Numbered from the stretch's first letter, positions 16,481-24,367 are shown. The stretch is DNA of 32,000 bases from Nitrosococcus watsonii C-113 (GCF_000143085.1 NC_014315.1:638307-670306), one strand, 5' to 3'. Numbers and translations are program-made. Notes: generated from the letters alone by a model not told the origin.

Positions 16481-16652
16481 TAGTTGCTAAAGGACTTACA
16501 TAGTTTGAGAAAGGATTTAGTTATCCCTCAAAGTAATAAGCTTAAAACGAGGGAAGCATATAGGAAGTGAGGGCCTTAAGGGCTGGCAGTTTCATGGCTG
16601 GCCAAGTGCCATCACTATTACAATGGTTTCAGTCAAATAGGAGGCTATCAAT

Positions 16653-17438
16653 ATGGCTGCAACTAGTAGAGCTGTAGCGCAAGGAGTAGCCGAGAAAGAA
16701 ACTGCTGATCTCTTTGCCTGGCGTGGCATGTGGTTAGCGGTCGCGGCCTTTTTCTTGTTTTACATTGGTGTGCGTTGGTATGAAGGTGTTTACGGCTGGA
16801 AGTATGGTTTAGACGCCTTTTCACCAGAATTCCAAACATACTGGATGAATCTGCTGTATATTGAACTCGTTGTTGAGGCGCTGGCAACGGCGGCCCTGGT
16901 TTCTTACCTGATTAAGACCCGGGATCGCAATATGGAAGCCATGACTCCCCGCGAGGAGTTGCGCCGTTACTGTACCCTTTACATGTGGTGGGTTGTTTAT
17001 GGCGTTGGGTTATTCTGGGGCGCAAGTTTCTTTACCGAGCAGGATGGTGCCTGGCATCAGACTGTGGTTCGCGACACCGATTTCACCCCAAGCCATATTA
17101 TTGAGTTCTACATGAGCTACCCAATCTACGTAATGGTGGGTTTAGGTTCGTTCACGTATGCTAAGACCCGTATTCCTTATTTTGCAAAGGGCTGGTCTGT
17201 ACCCTACCTCATGTTGGTGTTTGGACCCTTTATGATCTTCCCGAATGTGGGGCTGAATGAATGGGGTCACACCTTCTGGTTTATGGAAGAGCTATTTGTA
17301 GCACCTCTGCATTGGGGTTTTGTGTTCTTTGCCTGGTTTATCCTTGCGGTATTCGGCGTATTCTTGCAGGTGCAAGGTCGCATGAAGGAATTGCTCGGCA
17401 GGGAGCTTCAGCAGAGTGAAGATTATGCCCGTAGCTGA
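16653..17438 (+). CDS. amoC: Ammonia monooxygenase subunit C
   Basis: 261 aa polytopic membrane protein with AGGAGG 9 nt upstream of the ATG. It has AmoC/PmoC-like blocks (e.g. NEWGHTFWFMEELF) and is the first gene of the C-A-B order. Confidence 0.92.
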   Translation: MAATSRAVAQGVAEKETADLFAWRGMWLAVAAFFLFYIGVRWYEGVYGWKYGLDAFSPEFQTYWMNLLYIELVVEALATAALVSYLIKTRDRNMEAMTPREELRRYCTLYMWWVVYGVGLFWGASFFTEQDGAWHQTVVRDTDFTPSHIIEFYMSYPIYVMVGLGSFTYAKTRIPYFAKGWSVPYLMLVFGPFMIFPNVGLNEWGHTFWFMEELFVAPLHWGFVFFAWFILAVFGVFLQVQGRMKELLGRELQQSEDYARS

Positions 17439-17484
17439 GATATTTAAATTTAATTTCCAGCTGATTTAAAGGGTTGAGTAAAAG

Positions 17485-17534
17485 GGCGGTCGCAATCTCC
17501 AGAATAGTTAATGAGATGGCGACCGCCTCTTTGT
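17485..17534 (+). terminator. Strong hairpin plus T-rich tract downstream of amoC (partial terminator, processing site or stabiliser candidate)
   Basis: GGCGGTCGCAATCTC (17485-17499) pairs with GAGATGGCGACCGCC (17513-17527): 14 of 15 bp with a 13-nt loop. TCTTTGT follows. Confidence 0.5.
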
Positions 17535-17642
17535 ATAAATAGATTTATTATTAAGGATACGCTTACCTGTTCAGGTTGAAAGGAATGGAAGCAAGCAAGC
17601 TAATAAGTAAATAGGTAGCAGGAAGCATGCCTTTAGAATTCA
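17535..17642 (+). repeat. Structured intergenic element, copy 2 (imperfect inverted repeat GCTTACCTGT 17561-17570 / ATAGGTAGC 17611-17619)
   Basis: It has the same ordered sequence blocks as copy 1 at 15102-15215. The stem is retained as 9 bp with one bulge. Confidence 0.6.
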
Positions 17643-17666
17643 TGGATCTTTTGAGATCCCATGAAT
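17638..17666 (+). promoter_or_regulatory. Stem-loop in the amoA 5' region
   Basis: ATTCATGGATCT (17638-17649) pairs with AGATCCCATGAAT (17654-17666): 12 bp with one bulged C and a 4-nt loop. It lies 58 nt upstream of the amoA ATG. Confidence 0.45.
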
Positions 17667-17724
17667 AAATAATCATAAATTAGTTTAAATAGAACCCTTA
17701 ATATTTTTTAGGAGGGCAGGTTTA

Positions 17725-18468
17725 ATGAGTGCACTTACGTCTGCGGTTCGTACACCGGAGGAAGCTGCTAAAGTCTCTAGAACGCTAGATTTTTTAGCCT
17801 TAGGGGCTTTCTTTGGTATTTTATTGGCTTCCCATCATGTTCATGTCATGCTTTTAATGGGTGACTGGGATTTCTGGGTTGATTGGAAAGACCGGCGCTT
17901 TTGGGTCACCGTGGTTCCCATCGTATCGGTAGCTTATCCTGCTGCCGCACAGGCGTTTTTCTGGGAGAAGTTCCGCCTTCCCTTTGGCGCTACCCTGGTA
18001 ACGCTAGGAGTGTTAGCGGGTGAGTGGGCTAACCGCTACTTTAATTTCGTAGGGTTCACCTATTTCCCCATTAACTTCGTATGGCCAACCATCCTGCTGC
18101 CCATGGCGTTGTTCTTGGATGCCATGCTTGCGATCTCCAAGAGCTACGGCTTGACAGCGGTAGTGGGTGGGCTGATGTACGGCTTGTTGATGTACCCTGC
18201 TAACTGGCCGCTGCTTTCAGCATTCCATGTGCCGGCTGAGTACAATGGAGTAGTCATGTCCTTGGCCGATGTCGCGGGGTATCAATACGTCCGGACCGGC
18301 ACCCCCGAGTATATTCGGATGGTTGAGAAGGGTACCTTGAGAACGTTTGGTAAAGACGTGGTCCCGGTGTCAGCCTTTTTTGCGGGTTTTGTTGCTATGG
18401 TCATGTATTTCGTGTGGCACTTTGTCGGCCGCTGGTTCTCCAAGGATTACAGTGTCGACCAAGTGTAG
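17725..18468 (+). CDS. amoA: Ammonia monooxygenase subunit A
   Basis: 247 aa with AGGAGG 9 nt upstream. It carries the AmoA/PmoA hallmark blocks GDWDFWVDWKDRRFW and YVRTGTPEYIRMVEKGTLRTFGKD. Confidence 0.94.
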   Translation: MSALTSAVRTPEEAAKVSRTLDFLALGAFFGILLASHHVHVMLLMGDWDFWVDWKDRRFWVTVVPIVSVAYPAAAQAFFWEKFRLPFGATLVTLGVLAGEWANRYFNFVGFTYFPINFVWPTILLPMALFLDAMLAISKSYGLTAVVGGLMYGLLMYPANWPLLSAFHVPAEYNGVVMSLADVAGYQYVRTGTPEYIRMVEKGTLRTFGKDVVPVSAFFAGFVAMVMYFVWHFVGRWFSKDYSVDQV

Positions 18469-18524
18469 ATATCGTGTGCGATAAGAGGATAACAACTCTA
18501 AAAATTCTAAAACATAATAGAGAG

Positions 18525-19784
18525 ATGGAGAACATGAAAGGTACCCATATAACAAATCGAGCCAAAAAATGGCTAGCCATTGGGTTTACTGCGGTGATAG
18601 CCTCAAGCGTTTTCTATATTCCGACAGTGGCCGCCCATGGTGAGAAGGCGCAGGCAGCCTTCCTGCGCATGCGGACAATTCATTGGTATGACATGGTATG
18701 GTCCAAGGATACCATTGCGGTTAATGAGACCTATACCATAAGCGGCAAGTTCCGGGTTTTTGAGGATTGGCCGGAAGCAGTCGAAGTACCCCATGTGTCC
18801 TTTTTAAATGCGGGTCAACCCGGACCAGTCACAACCCGGCTCACTTCTTATATCAATGGTATGTTCGTCCCTCGGTCGATAGGCCTTGAATTAGGCGGCG
18901 ATTACGAGTTTGAGATGACGATGCAAGGGCGCCGTCCTGGCACCTGGCATGTGCATACTCTGCTAAATGTCCAAGGTGGGGGACCGCTCATCGGTCCAGG
19001 TAAATACATCACCATTACTGGAGATATGGCAGACTTTGAGAACAAAGTCACAGATCTAACCGGTAATACGGTCAACCTGGAAACCATGGCCACGGGTACG
19101 GTTATTGGCTGGCATCTATTCTGGTACGTACTTGGTATCGCCTGGATCGTGTGGTGGGCCCGTCGCCCCATGTTCTTGCCCCGCTACATGAGAGTAGAGG
19201 CGGGAGAGGCTAATGATCTAGTGACCGCCCAAGACAAAAAAGTGACTATCGGTGTTCTTGTGGGCGTCCTGCTCATTGTTTTGTTCGGCTATAAGAGTGC
19301 TGAGGAAAAATTCCCAGTCACTATTCCTTTGCAAGCTGGGCTGCTGGGCACTATTGAGCCGTTGCCGGTAGATTATAATTCGATGGTAAGCGCTAAAGTG
19401 CTTAAGGCTAACTATCGGGTGCCGGGGCGGACTATCACCATGACGGTTGAGCTCACTAATCATACTGATCAGGTGCTTTCTATCGGTGAGTTCAATACGG
19501 GAGGCATCCGCTTCATGAATGCCAATGTGCGGAGCGATGATACAGGTTATCCTGAGGAGTTGCTGGCGCCGGAAGGGCTGGAAATGAGCCAGCAGGATAT
19601 CGCTCCGGGTGAAACTGTGGTTGTTGATATTTCCGCCACCGATGCTGCTTGGGAAGTGCAGCGTATGGCTGACGTTATTTACGATCCAGACAGCCGCTTT
19701 GCGGGATTGATATTCTTTATTGATCCAGAGGGGAATGAGATTCCGATACCTGTCGGTGGTCCATTAGTTCCTACGTTTGTCTAG
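18525..19784 (+). CDS. amoB: Ammonia monooxygenase subunit B
   Basis: A signal peptide ends ...PTVAA|HGEKAQAAFLRMRTIHWYD, and WHVH follows later. Together these give the His set described for the PmoB CuB site. Two TM helices separate two cupredoxin-like domains. The start is ATG 18525 or ATG 18534; the ORF-track start at 18414 overlaps amoA and is rejected. Confidence 0.92.
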   Translation: MENMKGTHITNRAKKWLAIGFTAVIASSVFYIPTVAAHGEKAQAAFLRMRTIHWYDMVWSKDTIAVNETYTISGKFRVFEDWPEAVEVPHVSFLNAGQPGPVTTRLTSYINGMFVPRSIGLELGGDYEFEMTMQGRRPGTWHVHTLLNVQGGGPLIGPGKYITITGDMADFENKVTDLTGNTVNLETMATGTVIGWHLFWYVLGIAWIVWWARRPMFLPRYMRVEAGEANDLVTAQDKKVTIGVLVGVLLIVLFGYKSAEEKFPVTIPLQAGLLGTIEPLPVDYNSMVSAKVLKANYRVPGRTITMTVELTNHTDQVLSIGEFNTGGIRFMNANVRSDDTGYPEELLAPEGLEMSQQDIAPGETVVVDISATDAAWEVQRMADVIYDPDSRFAGLIFFIDPEGNEIPIPVGGPLVPTFV

Positions 19785-19878
19785 GGGCAGTATTTTAAAC
19801 TATCCTATATTGTGTGTGGTGTGTATGTGCTGCATAGATATAAGTAGGTTGAATTGCTCGCATTGACTTAAAAAGGCT

Positions 19879-19920
19879 GGCCCTTCGTCCTATCGCTGGA
19901 CGAAGGGCCGGTTGTTTGTT
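19879..19920 (+). terminator. Rho-independent terminator-like hairpin after amoB
   Basis: A perfect 12-bp GC-rich stem, GGCCCTTCGTCC (19879-19890) with GGACGAAGGGCC (19898-19909), has a 7-nt loop. GGTTGTTTGTT follows. Confidence 0.7.
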
Positions 19921-20019
19921 GGTCGTCCTTTCCATTTCTTTTTTTACCTTGTGGCTCAGTCTTTTCAGGCTCTGGAGCTGCGTTTTAATCAACTCCTCAG
20001 GGCAAAAAGGTATTGGCTT

Positions 20020-20583
20020 ATGAAAAAAATACTACTTAGCTGCCTTCTATCGTTAGGATTGCTGTTGCTAAATACCTCCGCCATGGCTCATGGGGGAGGA
20101 GGAATTGAAGTAGATACGTGTGTTGTTAATATCGGTAGTTACCGGATGCATTTTTCTGCTTACCAACCAGAAACCTCTGGTGGTGAAGAGTTGTGCTGGG
20201 ATTTGCCGATGACGGGAAGCACTATTTTAGTGTTTGATTTAGTGGATAGAATATTGCGTGATCGGCCGGTTGAAGTTCGGATTGTTGAAGAACGGAAAAC
20301 GGCTGCTGGTCCAGCGAATTATAAAACTATAGTAGAGCGGCCCGCTCAAAAATATCCAAAGGGAACCATTGAGCTTGATACCGAGTTTACTAAGGCAGGA
20401 GCGTATACTGCGGTAGTTATTGTTGGTGGTGAGCAGGCGTTGGTCTTCAAAACCCCTATCCGAGTGGGGCTTGGGGGAGGTCAAGATTTGCAATGGATTG
20501 CCTCGATCGCTGGTGGTGCCCTTATTCTGGGGCTTGCTTTTTGGTATAGCCGCCGCCGCGGAAAGGAAGCAAAAGCAACCTAG
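20020..20583 (+). CDS. amoD: AmoD/PmoD (orf5)-like periplasmic copper-protein candidate with a C-terminal membrane anchor
   Basis: 187 aa counted from ATG 20020. The signal peptide is MKKILLSCLLSLGLLLLNTSAMA|HGGGG. A beta-rich periplasmic domain carries Cys34, Met43-His44, Cys59 and Met64. The C-terminal TM helix (WIASIAGGALILGLAFWY) is followed by RRRGK. Its position directly after amoB matches amoD in Nitrosococcus and pmoD in methanotrophs. Confidence 0.72.
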   Translation: MKKILLSCLLSLGLLLLNTSAMAHGGGGIEVDTCVVNIGSYRMHFSAYQPETSGGEELCWDLPMTGSTILVFDLVDRILRDRPVEVRIVEERKTAAGPANYKTIVERPAQKYPKGTIELDTEFTKAGAYTAVVIVGGEQALVFKTPIRVGLGGGQDLQWIASIAGGALILGLAFWYSRRRGKEAKAT

Positions 20584-20621
20584 TTTCAAGCTAATTGGAA
20601 TTAGATACTTTAAAAAATTCA

Positions 20622-20653
20622 CGGCATTCAATTATTGAAATAATTGAATGCCG
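20622..20653 (+). terminator. 32-bp near-perfect palindrome / hairpin downstream of amoD
   Basis: CGGCATTCAATTATT-ga-AATAATTGAATGCCG gives 14-15 bp. An A-run precedes it (TTTAAAAAATTC), so the T-tract is on the minus-strand side. No clear T-tract is present on the plus side. Confidence 0.45.
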
Positions 20654-20835
20654 GTGAGTTCCAGTTGTCTGCTACCCTACGTAGCATGCTAAATTGGATA
20701 ATCTATGCAGAAGTTGATAATCTAATGCTTGTTATGTTGGTATAACCGAATACCTTGGGTAATAAAAATTCATGCTAGCGGCCTGTTTGTCCTAATGGGC
20801 TATCTCATTACTAGTCGATAGAATAAGGAGCTTAG

Positions 20836-21348
20836 ATGAAACGGTTTCTCTTGATGTTATGTGCAGCTATTCTTGCTTTAGGGTTGGCGGCTTGCCAATC
20901 AGGTGGTCCAAGCGTGGAGGATTTTGGGCTCGCGGGAACCTGGATGACAAAGTTTGAACCTGAGCAGGAAAATGGTGGAACCTTGGAAACTAAAGGAGAA
21001 ATTAACTTCTCCGGCAATACTTACAAATACTCTTGGTTTAAAAAACTTATCGCTGAAGATGGTTCTATAGTTTATGATTGGTCGGAGACTGCAAGAGAAA
21101 CTGGAAGCGTTTCTGTATCCTCTGACTATATGGAGTGGACGGCTAATTCTTACGGTACCGCAGAATATAATAAAGGGACCAAAAGTTGGAGTCCAGTTAA
21201 CATGAAGTCTACTACTAATGATTATGCCATCTACTATACCCTTGAGGGTGATAAGCTTACCATAAAGGAGGATTACAACCTAGATGGTGATTTTGATGAC
21301 GTAATTGGAGGCCTACCTGAAACTGCTGTTTATACTAAAGAGAAATAA
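20836..21348 (+). CDS. Hypothetical lipoprotein
   Basis: 170 aa with a lipobox signal (MKRFLLMLCAAILALGLAAC, Cys20) and AAGGAG 7 nt upstream. The mature part is hydrophilic and rich in Y, W, T and S, and no family was recognised. It is visibly AT-richer than its neighbours. Confidence 0.68.
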   Translation: MKRFLLMLCAAILALGLAACQSGGPSVEDFGLAGTWMTKFEPEQENGGTLETKGEINFSGNTYKYSWFKKLIAEDGSIVYDWSETARETGSVSVSSDYMEWTANSYGTAEYNKGTKSWSPVNMKSTTNDYAIYYTLEGDKLTIKEDYNLDGDFDDVIGGLPETAVYTKEK

Positions 21349-21356
21349 TTTCCTAT

Positions 21357-21380
21357 GGAGAGGCATAGGTATGCCTCTCC
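21357..21380 (+). terminator. Hairpin immediately after the lipoprotein gene
   Basis: A perfect 10-bp stem, GGAGAGGCAT with ATGCCTCTCC, has a 4-nt loop. The T-run is not directly adjacent; TTTAATTTTT starts 12 nt later. Confidence 0.4.
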
Positions 21381-21423
21381 TAAGCCAAACGTTTAATTTT
21401 TGGCTTTTAAGGTATTTTTTATA

Positions 21424-21861
21424 ATGAATGAAACCCGAACTCGTCTAGAGCAGCGTCATCCCATAACGATTTTTCTATCTATTTTTCTTGCCATTGCCTC
21501 TGGTATCGCCTTAATAGGCTATCTTTTTACCATTACAGGAGCTAAAAGGCTTTCTCTTGAGCAACAATTGATGATCGACACTCTGGCGTGGCCGGAGATA
21601 GGATTAACCTTATTAATTAATGCCACAATTTTTATTGCGGCACTAGCTCTTTATCTTCACCGTCGGTTTGCCCTTTATTTTTTTGCTGCTGCTATAGTAG
21701 CTGATCTTGGGAAGCTTTTATTTATAGCTTTTAAAAAGGGTTCCTTGGCTGCGGTTTTTTCAGCGGGGGTAGGTGGAGAGGGATTACTCTTAGTGTTGGG
21801 AATATTGCTTGCTACTTGTGCCTATACTTGGCGCCTTTACCGCATTGGAATGCTAGATTAG
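21424..21861 (+). CDS. Hypothetical small integral membrane protein (about 4 TM helices)
   Basis: 145 aa counted from ATG 21424 (the ORF track opens at TTG 21400). It has four hydrophobic segments, and no family was recognised. Confidence 0.55.
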   Translation: MNETRTRLEQRHPITIFLSIFLAIASGIALIGYLFTITGAKRLSLEQQLMIDTLAWPEIGLTLLINATIFIAALALYLHRRFALYFFAAAIVADLGKLLFIAFKKGSLAAVFSAGVGGEGLLLVLGILLATCAYTWRLYRIGMLD

Positions 21862-21898
21862 AAAGGATAAGCTCTTCCTTGAGTATCACCTTCGTACT

Positions 21899-22693
21899 TC
21901 AGAGCAATGCCGTAAGTTTAGCTATGGGATCTTCCGCTTTCATGAAGGCTTCTCCGATAAGAAAGGCGTTAACCCCATTTTTTTTCATCTTTCTTACATC
22001 TGCGGGACTATGAATCCCACTTTCTGTGACTACTAAACGCTCAGGAGGTATCTGGGGGAGTAAGTCAAAAGTAGTTTCTAGCCTTGTTTCAAAGCTTCTT
22101 AAATCACGGTTATTAATGCCGATAAGTGGTGTGTCGAGAACTAGCGCCCGCTCTAGCTCTTCGGAATTATGCACTTCTATAAGTACATCCATATTTAAGT
22201 GCTCGGCGAGTTGAGCCAGCTCGAGCATAAGGGCATCACCCAAGGCTGCTACAATAAGTAGAATGCAGTCGGCGCCTATTACCCGTGATTCATAGACCTG
22301 ATAGGGATCGATAATAAAGTCTTTTCGCAAAACAGGCAGATTACAGGAGCTGCGGGCCTTCTGTAGATCCCCCTCACTACCTCTAAAAAAATCCTGGTCG
22401 GTGAGTACGGAAAGGCAAGCTGCCCCTCCTTTTTCGTAGCTTTGGGCAATCGCTTCCGGATGGAAGGATTTACATAAAAGCCCCTTGCTAGGGGAAGCTT
22501 TTTTAATTTCAGCGATGACAGCAGATTGCTGCTCGCTTATCTTTTTGGTCAGGGCTTTAAAAAATCCGCGTACTGGGGGCGATTCTTCCACTTGTTGGCT
22601 AAGTTCTTGGATTGAAAGTTTCTGGGCACGTTCGCTGATTTCCTCGGCTTTCCGCTGCAGAATCTTCTTCAACAGATTGGGTATCTCGCTCAT
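21899..22693 (-). CDS. trpC: Indole-3-glycerol phosphate synthase
   Basis: It shows a TrpC layout (ILQRKAEEI..., [27 protein letters not shown]). The start is preferred at ATG 22693 ([17 protein letters not shown] upstream); an alternative ATG is at 22711. Confidence 0.93.
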   Translation of the reverse strand: MSEIPNLLKKILQRKAEEISERAQKLSIQELSQQVEESPPVRGFFKALTKKISEQQSAVIAEIKKASPSKGLLCKSFHPEAIAQSYEKGGAACLSVLTDQDFFRGSEGDLQKARSSCNLPVLRKDFIIDPYQVYESRVIGADCILLIVAALGDALMLELAQLAEHLNMDVLIEVHNSEELERALVLDTPLIGINNRDLRSFETRLETTFDLLPQIPPERLVVTESGIHSPADVRKMKKNGVNAFLIGEAFMKAEDPIAKLTALL

Positions 22694-22726
22694 ATCACGG
22701 GTACCTTCCATACTATTATTAGTTGG

Positions 22727-23743
22727 CTAACAGCCCTGAGTAAATGTAATTAAAGCGGTTAATTTCTCTTGGGCTTTGCCTTCGGAGAGAACTTTTAATG
22801 CTTTATTTACGCCTCTTTCTAGCGTTGGGGTTAGATTGGCTGCATAGATAGCTGCCCCTGCATTCAAAGCGACGATATCACGGGCTGGGCCAGGCTGGTT
22901 TGCCAGAACAGAGCGTAAAACATCGAGGCTTTCTTGCGTGCTGTTAACAGCCAGAGATTTCACGGGGGCCCGCTTGATGCCAAATTGCTCGGGTGTGATG
23001 AAATAGCTTGTAACAGTCCCATCTCTTAATTCAGCAATCTGAGTTTCTGCTCCAATACTAATTTCATCCAAGCCGTCTTTAGCATGGACAACAAGCACAT
23101 GCTGGCAGTCTAAACGGTGCAGAACCCAAGCAAACGGCTCCAGCCATTCTTCACTAAAGACCCCTGCTACTTGATTAGGAATATGGGCTGGGTTGGTTAG
23201 AGGCCCTAAGAGGTTAAATAAAGTGCGAATTCCCATTTCCCGTCGTGGAGCTATCGTGAATTTTATGGCGCCATGATGGCAAGGGGCGAACAGGAATCCC
23301 ACGCCAAGTTCCTCAATACAGTAGGCAATCTGTTCGGGGGTAAGTTCGAGTTTAATACCAGCCGCTTCAAGTACATCAGCACTGCCGCACTGGCTGGAGA
23401 CAGAACGGTTGCCATGCTTGGCGACTCTGCCTCCTGCCGCGGCAACAACAAAAGCGCTGGCCGTCGAAATATTGAAAGTATTAGCGCCGTCCCCACCAGT
23501 ACCACAGGTATCGACAAGGTGGGGGCCCGTTACCGTCACCTTAGTCGCTAGCTCCCGCATCACCTTGGCAGCAGCGGCGATTTCCTCCACCGTTTCTCCT
23601 TTCATCCGAAGCCCAATGAGCAAGCCGCCAATCTGCGCGGGGGTTGCTTGGCCACTCATGATGAGGTGCATGACCGATGTCATTTCCTCGCTGGTGAGGT
23701 TGCGCCCCGTGGTAACGGCACGAAGGGCGGTCTGAATATCCAT
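22727..23743 (-). CDS. trpD: Anthranilate phosphoribosyltransferase
   Basis: 338 aa with the DTCGTGGDG and HGNRSVSS motifs. Confidence 0.95.
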   Translation of the reverse strand: MDIQTALRAVTTGRNLTSEEMTSVMHLIMSGQATPAQIGGLLIGLRMKGETVEEIAAAAKVMRELATKVTVTGPHLVDTCGTGGDGANTFNISTASAFVVAAAGGRVAKHGNRSVSSQCGSADVLEAAGIKLELTPEQIAYCIEELGVGFLFAPCHHGAIKFTIAPRREMGIRTLFNLLGPLTNPAHIPNQVAGVFSEEWLEPFAWVLHRLDCQHVLVVHAKDGLDEISIGAETQIAELRDGTVTSYFITPEQFGIKRAPVKSLAVNSTQESLDVLRSVLANQPGPARDIVALNAGAAIYAANLTPTLERGVNKALKVLSEGKAQEKLTALITFTQGC

Positions 23744-23774
23744 CGCGTTTATGTAAAATCTTTAGAAATAATGC

Positions 23775-24356
23775 TCAGGTTCGTTTAAGAAAATTGAGAA
23801 GTAAACGGTGTCCTTGCTGGGTAAGAATTGACTCAGGATGAAATTGCACGCCTTCGATTGCTAGCTCTTTATGGTAAATGCCCATGATCTCATCTAGCTC
23901 CCCCGTATCGGTTTTAGTCCAAGCGGTGATTTCTAAACATGGCGGAAGGCTCGCCTGATCAATAACTAAAGAATGGTAACGAGCTGCCTCAAAGGGATCA
24001 TCAAGACCTTGAAATATGCCTTGGTGATTGTGATGCACTTGTGAGGTTTTACCATGCATAATTGCCTTGGCATGCACTATTCGGCCACCAAAAGCTTGGC
24101 CAATACACTGGTGGCCAAGGCATACTCCCAATAGAGGGATCTTACCGGCAAAATGGCGAATAATGTCAAGAGAAATACCGGCTTCGTTGGGAGTGCAAGG
24201 GCCTGGGGAAATAACTAGACCTTTTGGACGCAGCCTCTCTATTTCTGCCGTATTGATTTGATCATTGCGAAAGACGCAAACTTCTTCGCCCAACTCACCT
24301 AAATACTGGACAAGGTTGTAGGTAAATGAATCATAATTGTCGAGCATAAGCAACAT
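23775..24356 (-). CDS. trpG: Anthranilate synthase component II (glutamine amidotransferase)
   Basis: 193 aa with GVCLGHQ (catalytic Cys) and the HPES motif. Confidence 0.95.
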   Translation of the reverse strand: MLLMLDNYDSFTYNLVQYLGELGEEVCVFRNDQINTAEIERLRPKGLVISPGPCTPNEAGISLDIIRHFAGKIPLLGVCLGHQCIGQAFGGRIVHAKAIMHGKTSQVHHNHQGIFQGLDDPFEAARYHSLVIDQASLPPCLEITAWTKTDTGELDEIMGIYHKELAIEGVQFHPESILTQQGHRLLLNFLKRT

Positions 24357-24367
24357 ATTCAGCTCCC

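Noticed and set aside
16202-16652. I searched for an amoR (orf1)-like gene, reported upstream of amoC in Nitrosococcus oceani.
   Set aside because: The region is dense with stop codons in all plus-strand frames. The longest ATG ORFs are 7-27 codons and lack SD sequences. I cannot support an amoR call, and I do not remember the AmoR sequence well enough to recognise a fragment.
18414-18524. The ORF-track start of the amoB frame at 18414 would add 37 residues and overlap the amoA 3' end.
   Set aside because: The extension has no signal-peptide character and overlaps amoA. The MENMKGTHITNRAKKWLAIGF... sequence from ATG 18525/18534 gives a normal signal peptide ending at the conserved HGEK.
16653-19784. 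An alternative reading of the cluster is particulate methane monooxygenase (pmoCAB).
   Set aside because: The AmoA and AmoB sequences match my memory of Nitrosococcus better than Methylococcus-type PmoA/PmoB. The genomic context (Calvin-cycle rpe-gph, about 50% GC) also fits Nitrosococcus. This is not proven without a phylogeny, so it is stated as a refutation condition in the findings.
19811-19829. A TG-rich alternating tract (TGTGTGTGGTGTGTATGTG) follows the amoB stop.
   Set aside because: It is short and imperfect with no obvious function. It is noted only as context in the amoB-amoD spacer finding.
19912-20019. The ORF-track start of the amoD frame at 19912 gives a 36-residue extension.
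   Set aside because: The extension begins inside the T-tract of the amoB terminator hairpin and is not hydrophobic. ATG 20020 gives a canonical signal peptide (MKKILLSCLL...).
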